Assembly: GCF_004114995.1 (NCBI RefSeq)
Contig: NZ_SDJP01000003.1
Location: 1-24,000 of the forward strand
DNA from: Halorubrum amylolyticum
GTDB taxonomy: Archaea > Halobacteriota > Halobacteria > Halobacteriales > Haloferacaceae
Length of the DNA: 24,000 nt
Reading direction: 5' to 3'
Shown: piece by piece, positions 15,983 to 21,962 of the stretch
Layout of the letters: the number at the start of each line of letters is the position of its first letter
Numbering within the stretch: position 1 is the first letter of the stretch
Notes under the pieces: model-generated
Databases searched by the model: none
The model's input: only the letters and a program-made list of their open reading frames with translations
Told to the model about the DNA's origin: nothing
Position numbers and translations under genes: made by a program

Positions 15983-16028
15983 CGTCTTGGTAAGGACGAG
16001 ACCCCGAGTTCAAATCTCGGCCTAGGCT
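15983..16028 (+). other. tRNA 3' portion: imperfect anticodon-arm-like stem, T-arm, 3' acceptor strand and discriminator. It has no matching D-arm or 5' acceptor, so it is a candidate att-site remnant
   Basis: The T-arm is ccgag-ttcaaat-ctcgg (16004-20), followed by cctaggc+t (16021-28). Upstream is cgtc-ttggtaag-gacg (15983-98). Only a 6/7 partner for the 5' acceptor (ttttagg, 15960-66) exists, and the 37 nt between cannot form a normal D-arm. Confidence 0.5.
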
Positions 16029-16037
16029 CTTTCCTCC

Positions 16038-16064
16038 GTACACTCCTTGTACGCACACTTTTTT
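16038..16064 (+). terminator. Hairpin gtaca-ctcct-tgtac followed by T6, directly downstream of the tRNA fragment
   Basis: The stem-loop is at 16038-16052 and the oligo-T run at 16059-16064. Oligo-T tracts are archaeal termination signals. Confidence 0.45.
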
Positions 16065-16383
16065 GGCTACGCTCGCCTGAACGAAACCCGTTCAAGATTC
16101 GCTTCTCTCGCTAAACAGGGTATCCCTCGCCGTAATGCGATTCGCTGAACTGTCAGGACACACAAACAAATACACAGGCCGCGGTGGGATAGACCCGAAA
16201 TCGACCGAGGGCGCGTCCCCTCAAGGGACACTCCTGATTTCGCTAATCAACGCTCACAGCGGGAAGAATGAAGCTTAGTCAGGAATGTGATAGAACACCC
16301 TCGATGCGGTTATCCACGACGAGTACGCGGCGAGTGATGTTCCGCCGAAACGACTATTGGTAAGACCAACGTATTACGTCTAT

Positions 16384-16665
16384 ATGTCTGAAGCAGCTAC
16401 GAACGACGACGGCGGAGACGACATCGCCACGGTGAATTTCAAACTCACCGAGTCGTTCCTCGAACAGATAGACGATACGTGGCAGGGACGCGGATTCAAC
16501 AGTCGGAGCGAGTTCATCCGGTACACGCTTCGAGACGCCGTCGAGTTCCCGACGTTCGACCGCGACGAACTCGTCGCCCTGCTCGAAGCCGAGGAGGACA
16601 TCCGCGAGGGACGGACGACGAGCGCCGAGGAAGCCCGCGAGCGATTCGGCACGAGCGATGAGTGA
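16384..16665 (+). CDS. Ribbon-helix-helix (CopG/Arc/MetJ-type) protein, putative antitoxin
   Basis: I prefer ATG 16384. ATVNFKLTESFLEQIDDTWQGRGFNSRSEFIRYTLRDAV is a typical RHH strand-helix-helix. Its stop overlaps the next gene's start by 8 nt. Confidence 0.7.
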   Translation: MSEAATNDDGGDDIATVNFKLTESFLEQIDDTWQGRGFNSRSEFIRYTLRDAVEFPTFDRDELVALLEAEEDIREGRTTSAEEARERFGTSDE

Positions 16666-17029
16666 CGACGGGTGGACGTGGGAACTCTCCTCGACCGCCG
16701 AAGACGACCTCGACGGACTGTCCCCCGCCGACCAAGACCGGATACTCGACAACCTCGACAAAATCGTCTCCTCGCCGTGGCGCGACCCGCCGGACTGCTG
16801 TGGTCGCTCGCCGTGGGTGGCAGGCGACGGTGCTATTCCCAAGTGTAGTCGACGAGTGGATGGCCAACCGGACGTGACGCCGTCGAACCGGCGCACCGCG
16901 GGTGACTCCCACCAGTCTCTACTTACCCCTCCCGGCCGTGGGGGTACCCGACGGCCAGTTTTTCAGTCCGACCCCGCGACGACCGAGGCCGATGCCCGAC
17001 GCCGCTACGGCAACCCGGACACCGAGTGA
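16658..17029 (+). CDS. Putative RelE/ParE-superfamily toxin partner; N-terminal half typical, C-terminal half atypical or extended
   Basis: WTWELSSTAEDDLDGLSPADQDRILDNLDKIVSSPWRDPPD resembles the N-termini of haloarchaeal RelE/ParE-like toxins. The remainder (…SPWVAGDGAIPKCSRRVDG…) is G+C-rich and I cannot confirm it by eye. Confidence 0.4.
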   Translation: MSDDGWTWELSSTAEDDLDGLSPADQDRILDNLDKIVSSPWRDPPDCCGRSPWVAGDGAIPKCSRRVDGQPDVTPSNRRTAGDSHQSLLTPPGRGGTRRPVFQSDPATTEADARRRYGNPDTE

Positions 17030-17127
17030 GCGGAATGGCGGGGGACGTAGCCACAGCAACTACTCTGACCAGTACGCGTGTTGTCGGCAGAAAACACTTG
17101 TAGCCTCCCGGAGAACATCTTGGGCCG

Positions 17128-18501
17128 ATGACTGGTCCCCCGACGCCACGGCGCCCCTCCCGCCGACGAGCGTACCTAGCCGCGATCGCCACGAGCGGTC
17201 TCGGGAGCCTCGTCGGCTGTACCTCGAACGAGTCCGCGACGCCGTCGGACACCGACACCCCCGCGTCCGACAGCTCGCCGGTCGAGGTGCTGCACAACTG
17301 GACATCCGGTCCCAACAAACTCGCGAGCGAGTCGTTCACCGCGGCGTTCCGCGACGCCCACCCCGACGTTCCGACGGACGTGCGACCCGTGGCGGACGCC
17401 GCCGTCGACGACCTCGTCATGCGGCGTATCGAGGCCGACGACCCGCCCGGAGCCTTCGCGACTGTTCCCGGAGGGAACCTCGCACCGTTCGACGGCTCGC
17501 TGGCCCCCGTCGACGACGTGTGGACCGCCGACGTGGCGGACGCCCATCCGCCGATCGTCCGCGAGACGTGCCGTCGAGACCGTGCCCACCGGGCCGTTCC
17601 GGTTGCGGCCTTCCGAGTCGACACCGCATACTACAACGCCGACATTCTCGATGCGGTCGGCGTCGATCCCGAATCGCTCTCGTCCGTCGACGGGCTCCTC
17701 GCAGCCGTCGAGGCGGTCGCAGCGTCGTCAGCGACCGAGGCACGGCCGTTCAGCCACGCGTTCGGCCAGCCGTGGGCCACGCTCCAGCTGTTCGCCGCCC
17801 TGCTCGCGACCGTCGATCCCGGAGCCTACCGCGGGTTCCGCTCGGGCGGCGAGCCTCGATCTGCCGTCCGCGAGACGGTGTCGGCGGTGTCACAGCTTCT
17901 CTCTACCGCCGGAGACGATCCGGCGGAGATCCTGACCGAAGCGGGTCGCCGAGTCGGAAACGGCGAGGCGGCGGTCGTCCAGACCGGGTCGTAGCTGTCG
18001 TCATCCCTCCGGCAGGCCGGATTCGGTCACCGGGACGAAGCCGGGACTGAGGGGGGCTGGGGGCTCGTCGGTCTCGGAGACGCGCCAGTCATCCGGTACG
18101 ACGCGTTCGCCTCGCCGGCGAACTCCCCCTCCGAGGGAGCCGCTGCGTGGCTCGGATTCGCGGGGTCTGTGCCCGGCCAAGTCGCGTTCAACGACCCACA
18201 GTCGGCCGAGGCGCGTCCGGATCCTGACCCCGAGGAACGCGAAACCCCGCCCGTCCCGTGCGGGGCCGTGCCTCCCCGGACGGACATCTCACCGGACCGG
18301 TTTGAGCCGCCGCTGACGGCCGTCTCGCGGGCGTACCAGAGCGCCGACGAGCGCCTGCCGTCCGTAGCTCACGGGCTGGCGTTCACGCCTGCAACGACTG
18401 ACTCGCTGCTCGAAACGGTCGATGAACGGCTGGTGAGCGCCGAACCCGTCGACATCGACGCGGCGACCGACGCGCTCATCGCGGCCGTCGAAGATGCGTG
18501 A
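17128..18501 (+). pseudogene. ABC transporter substrate-binding lipoprotein (family-1 sugar-type SBP) interrupted by one in-frame TAG at 17992-17994
   Basis: It has a Tat signal plus lipobox (SRRRAYLAAIATSGLGSLVGC) and then VEVLHNWTSG…. ORFs 17128-17994 and 18169-18501 are in the same frame with no other stop between them. The downstream part (FASPANSPSEGAAAWLGFAGSVPGQVAFNDPQS…SVAHGLAFTPA) continues the SBP pattern. Confidence 0.7.
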
Positions 18502-18554
18502 TCCGATCGACGGATCCGCGCCGCGATCGACGCGCTCTCGGCCGCGACCCGGTC

Positions 18555-19193
18555 CTATCGCGGCGTCGCCACGACCCCGAGGTGGTCCTCGTGGTACCGG
18601 TCGAGTCGCTGCGTCTCCAGAATCTCGTAGGTCTCCCGGAGCCGGTCGAGCGCGCTCTCGAACACCGTCTCCGGGGCCGCCGTCACGTCCTCGCTGCGCG
18701 CCTTGATCGCGAGCAGCAGCCGCCCGTCATCCGCGAGGAACCGGCGATTCCGAACCGCCACCTCCGCCTGCCCGCGCGTCGCCACGTCCTGAACGATCGC
18801 GTCAACGTCGCTCTCGACGACGTGGGCGTATCGGGTCGGCGTCCGCGCGTCTTTCAGCAGCGGGAACAGCCGCTCCCGGGGCTCGGCCGCCTCGACGAGG
18901 TCCCGCGCCGGCCGCGGCGCGAACTCCACCGCGTACGTCGGCCCCGCGAAATCCGCGACGTGGCTGACCGTCGTCCCGCTGGCCGCGCCGAGGTACAGCA
19001 CGGTCTCGCCGCCGGACAGCCCCGTCTCGACCCCGAGCTCGAACATCCCGCCGAGCTTCGAGCGGCCGGCGTCCCACGCGCGCCACCCGTCCGCGGTCGG
19101 CTCGCCGTACACCGGCGGGCCGCGGGTCGCCAGCCGGATCTCCCCGTCGATCTCGCGGCGTTCGACGCCCGCCGGCAGGTCGGCGTCGGTCAC
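18555..19193 (-). CDS. flpA: Fibrillarin-like rRNA/tRNA 2'-O-methyltransferase
   Basis: It has the SAM-binding motif VLYLGAASGTTVSHVADF, fibrillarin-like length and context, and a 4-nt overlap with upstream nop5. Confidence 0.9.
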   Translation of the reverse strand: MTDADLPAGVERREIDGEIRLATRGPPVYGEPTADGWRAWDAGRSKLGGMFELGVETGLSGGETVLYLGAASGTTVSHVADFAGPTYAVEFAPRPARDLVEAAEPRERLFPLLKDARTPTRYAHVVESDVDAIVQDVATRGQAEVAVRNRRFLADDGRLLLAIKARSEDVTAAPETVFESALDRLRETYEILETQRLDRYHEDHLGVVATPR

Positions 19194-20113
19194 GCGTCAC
19201 CCTCCGTGTCGGTGTCGGCGTCATCGTCCCCGCTACCGTCGCCTCCTTCCTCCGCGCGCGCTCGGATCGTCGCCATCCGCTCGTGAAGCTCCTCGTGGAG
19301 CGTCTCGCGGCGCTCGCCCGAGTAGTGGTCAACCCGAGCCGCGAGCGTCAGCTTGCCCGCGAGCGCCCGCGCGGCCGACCCGCGATCCTCCGGACGGGTG
19401 TTCCGAACGTACTCGTGCGTGTAGATGATCCCGTGTTTCGGCGAGGGGGCGCGCCCGGAGAGGTGCGCGAACAGCGCGTCCTCCGCGCCGAGCACCTGTA
19501 CGGTCCCCGAGGGCTTCTTCGCGAGCGGTTCCAGCCCGCCCGCGAGCGCGATCAATCTCGCCGCGAGCTCCGGGCCGGCCATCTCGGCGAGATTCGGCGC
19601 CACCGCCGGCGCGGTCCGCTCGATCGTCTCGGCGAGCGCGTCGCGCTCGGCAGCGAGGTCGACCACTCGCGCCGCGAGCGAGACGGCGCGCCGCTCCAGC
19701 TCGCTCTCCGGTTCCCGCTCCGCCACGGCGCGGGCGCCCTCGATCCCCGGCTCGGCGTCGTCGAAGAGGCTCCCGGCCCACTCCGCGACGCGCTCGGCCA
19801 ACTCGTTGGCGGTGCGCTCGCAGTCGTCCATCGCCCGCACCGCGTGGACGAGCTGTTTGTCGTCGGCGCGCTCGCGCTCGTGGACCGCCTCGCGGGTCGC
19901 CGCCACGGACGCCTCGTGGAGTCGATCGTAGTAGTCGTCCCGCAAGTCAACGAAGCCGGCCTCGACGGCGAGGCCGGGCCAGTCGCGCGGCGCGTCGGCC
20001 TCGCCGTCGGCGATCCGGGCGCGGAGCGACCCCTCGTCGCCCGTCGCCCCGGAGCCGGCCGGCGAGCCGCCCGCGAACCAGCCCCTGTCCGCGTTGTCGT
20101 CGATGTCGGTCAT
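19190..20113 (-). CDS. nop5: Nop5 (Nop56/58) C/D box sRNP protein
   Basis: The Nop-domain signature is GAEDALFAHLSGRAPSPKHGIIYTHEYV…RGSAARALAGKLTLAARVDHYSG. It forms an operon with flpA. Confidence 0.9.
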   Translation of the reverse strand: MTDIDDNADRGWFAGGSPAGSGATGDEGSLRARIADGEADAPRDWPGLAVEAGFVDLRDDYYDRLHEASVAATREAVHERERADDKQLVHAVRAMDDCERTANELAERVAEWAGSLFDDAEPGIEGARAVAEREPESELERRAVSLAARVVDLAAERDALAETIERTAPAVAPNLAEMAGPELAARLIALAGGLEPLAKKPSGTVQVLGAEDALFAHLSGRAPSPKHGIIYTHEYVRNTRPEDRGSAARALAGKLTLAARVDHYSGERRETLHEELHERMATIRARAEEGGDGSGDDDADTDTEGDA

Positions 20114-20210
20114 TACCCGGGGCTACTTCGCCCGGTCGTATAGGCGTTCCCGAAACAGCGGCAGAAGTACGATGTGTGAAAACGGGAGCGCGAAAACGGA
20201 ATCGTCGCGG

Positions 20211-20474
20211 CTACTCGTCGGCCAGTTCGATCGTCGCGCCCGCGTCGTCGGAGCCGTTGGCGTCGTCCGCATCGTCGCCGCCGGACCGGAACTCCGCGAA
20301 GACGCCGTCGGCGCCGCTCCGGAGGTCGGCGAGCGTCGCGCCCGCGAGTCCGCCGAGCGCGCCGCCGGTGCTCGCCGCGTTTCGGCTGACCAGTCCGCCG
20401 ACGGCGGCGCCGACCGCCGCCCCGACCGCCGCGTACTTCGCTCGGGACAGCGCGCCCTTGATTCTGGATCGCAT
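20211..20474 (-). CDS. Small glycine-zipper membrane protein with acidic tail (87 aa from ATG 20474)
   Basis: MRSRIKGALSRAKYAAVGAAVGAAVGGLVSRNAASTGGALGGLAGA… contains GxxxG/AxxxG repeats. The longer ORF-track start at 20558 overlaps the next gene's 3' end. Confidence 0.45.
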   Translation of the reverse strand: MRSRIKGALSRAKYAAVGAAVGAAVGGLVSRNAASTGGALGGLAGATLADLRSGADGVFAEFRSGGDDADDANGSDDAGATIELADE

Positions 20475-20554
20475 ACACGTCACTTCGCTGCGAACTCTCA
20501 AAAACCTGTCGTCGGCGTGAGGACGGAAGCTACCGCCGGAAGCCGAAGACGCGA

Positions 20555-21337
20555 TCACTGCAGTCGCTTCGTGGTCTCGACGAGGGGGTGGCGCGCGTAG
20601 TCGACGACTTCGATGTCGGTGATGTCGTCGAGCCCCTCCTTCTCGGCGGTCTTGGCCATCCCGAGCTCGACCGGGTGGTCGGGGACGATCACGTACGCGT
20701 CCATCTCCTCGATCCCGGCCTCGTGGGCGGCCATCACGCGGTGGTGGCCGTCGGCGAGGTGGAGCGTCCCGCCGTTGTCGATGACGACGAGCGGCTCCGC
20801 CAGCCCGCGCTCCAGCTCGTACTTGCGTCCTTCCAGCTCGTCGGCGTACACGCGGGCCTGCGTCGGCGTGAGGCCGGTGAGTTCCACCTCGCGGCGCTCC
20901 TCCGTGAGCCCGACGCCGTGGATCTGTTCGAGCGTGCGCATCAGCTTCCCGACCTTGCTCGGCGTCGCGCGCTCGATCTGCGAGCGGACCACGTCCGTGT
21001 TCGAGATGATCCCGACGAGGTTGTCGGCGTCGTCGACGACCGGGAGGCGTTGAATCCCGGACCGGAGGATGACGCGCGCGGCGTCGGTCACCTTCATGTC
21101 CGGGTGTGCCACGATGAGGTCGTCGGACATCACAGTGAAGACCGGGGCCTCGTCGTCGGCGAGCAGGAGGTCGGCCGCCGAGACGAACCCCTCGACCGTC
21201 CGTCCCTGCGTGACGGGGAACCCGTTGTGACCGTCGCTTTCCGCCATCCGCCGCGCGACCGCTTCCACCCTCTCGTCGGGACTCACGGTCTCGACGTCGC
21301 GGGTCATGTACTCGCCGACGGTCGGTTTCCCGCTCAT
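20555..21337 (-). CDS. CBS-pair plus ParB-like (ParBc) domain protein
   Basis: I prefer ATG 21337 (MSGKPTVGEYMTRDVETVSP…). Two CBS repeats are followed by VVIDNGGTLHLADGHHRVMAAHEAG (ParB-like DGHHR motif). The upstream ORF-track extension is Ser/Arg-rich and non-coding-like. Confidence 0.75.
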   Translation of the reverse strand: MSGKPTVGEYMTRDVETVSPDERVEAVARRMAESDGHNGFPVTQGRTVEGFVSAADLLLADDEAPVFTVMSDDLIVAHPDMKVTDAARVILRSGIQRLPVVDDADNLVGIISNTDVVRSQIERATPSKVGKLMRTLEQIHGVGLTEERREVELTGLTPTQARVYADELEGRKYELERGLAEPLVVIDNGGTLHLADGHHRVMAAHEAGIEEMDAYVIVPDHPVELGMAKTAEKEGLDDITDIEVVDYARHPLVETTKRLQ

Positions 21338-21383
21338 CGTCCGAGGTTGGCGTCGCCGAAGTAAAAAGGGGCGGGAGCCGGGG

Positions 21384-21749
21384 TCACCCTCCGCCGCCAG
21401 CCTCCGAGCCCGTCCAAGCGGCCCCAAGCCCCTCGTGCGCGACGAACTCCACCGCGTTGACGACGTAGTGCGCGACGACGACCGCGAGGAGGCTGCCGGT
21501 GGTGACGAACAGCCCCGCGAGCGCGACACCGAGCCCGCCGGCGACGGCGATCCCGAGCCGCCCCTGCGCGCCGTGGCCGAGCCCGAACGCGGCCGACGAG
21601 GCGACGACGAGGAACCACGGATCGACCGCGAATCCGACCGACAGCGCCCCGATCAGCGCGCCGCGGAACAGCGCCTCCTCGAAGGCGGCGACGACCGGGA
21701 GCGCGATCCCGAACAACAGGACCCACTCGGCGAGATCACGGGGAGCCAT
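21384..21749 (-). CDS. abi: CPBP (CAAX/Abi) intramembrane protease core; the N-terminal membrane segment appears split off by a frameshift (ATG 21939)
   Basis: The motifs are EEALFRG, AAFGLGH and HYVVN. The same frame is open upstream to the stop at 21897-21899 without any start codon. A hydrophobic start MPDWAAFAAATVALTLLLLFF sits at 21939 in another frame. Confidence 0.7.
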   Translation of the reverse strand: MAPRDLAEWVLLFGIALPVVAAFEEALFRGALIGALSVGFAVDPWFLVVASSAAFGLGHGAQGRLGIAVAGGLGVALAGLFVTTGSLLAVVVAHYVVNAVEFVAHEGLGAAWTGSEAGGGG

Positions 21750-21842
21750 CGCCTCGCGGAGCCGCGTCGAGGGCGCGACGCCGGCCCGGGTGCCCAGCCG
21801 CGCGGCCGCCTCGTTGCCGACGGCGAGGAGGAGTCCCGCGAC

Positions 21843-21872
21843 GACACCGAGAGCGACGACATCGAGAGCGAC
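21843..21872. repeat. Tandem 2 x 15-bp repeat (gacaccgagagcgac / gacatcgagagcgac) next to the apparent CPBP frameshift
   Basis: Read directly from the sequence; 1 mismatch between the units. It encodes VALDV/VALGV on the minus strand. Confidence 0.85.
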
Positions 21873-21962
21873 GGGTGAAGAACAGAAGCAGCAGCGTCAG
21901 GGCGACGGTCGCGGCCGCGAACGCCGCCCAGTCGGGCATCGGTGTGGTTGCGGGTAGCTACC

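Noticed and set aside
15960-16028. Intact tRNA gene
   Set aside because: The T-arm and 3' acceptor are good, but the best 5' acceptor pairs only 6/7. The 37 intervening nucleotides cannot form a D-arm plus a 7-nt anticodon loop. I therefore treat it as a fragment.
16196-16242. Nested inverted repeats (cgaaatc…gatttcg enclosing gtccc-ctcaa-gggac) as a possible small RNA
   Set aside because: The stems are short (7 and 5 bp) in an intergenic stretch, with no flanking promoter or terminator signals that I can see. This is within chance expectation.
17992-17994. TAG as a recoded (pyrrolysine or readthrough) codon in the SBP gene
   Set aside because: No Pyl machinery is known in Halobacteria and none is visible here. 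A TGG to TAG nonsense mutation or a sequencing error is far more likely.
16902-20143. Long ORFs in the GC-rich part (16902-18050, 16923-17624, 18498-19286, 18802-19332, 19283-20143, 20588-21364, 21958-23496)
   Set aside because: They are Arg/Pro/Gly-rich low-complexity translations. They run antisense to, or out of frame with, clearly recognisable genes (SBP, fibrillarin, nop5, CBS-ParB, LonB). These are typical shadow ORFs of ~70% G+C DNA.
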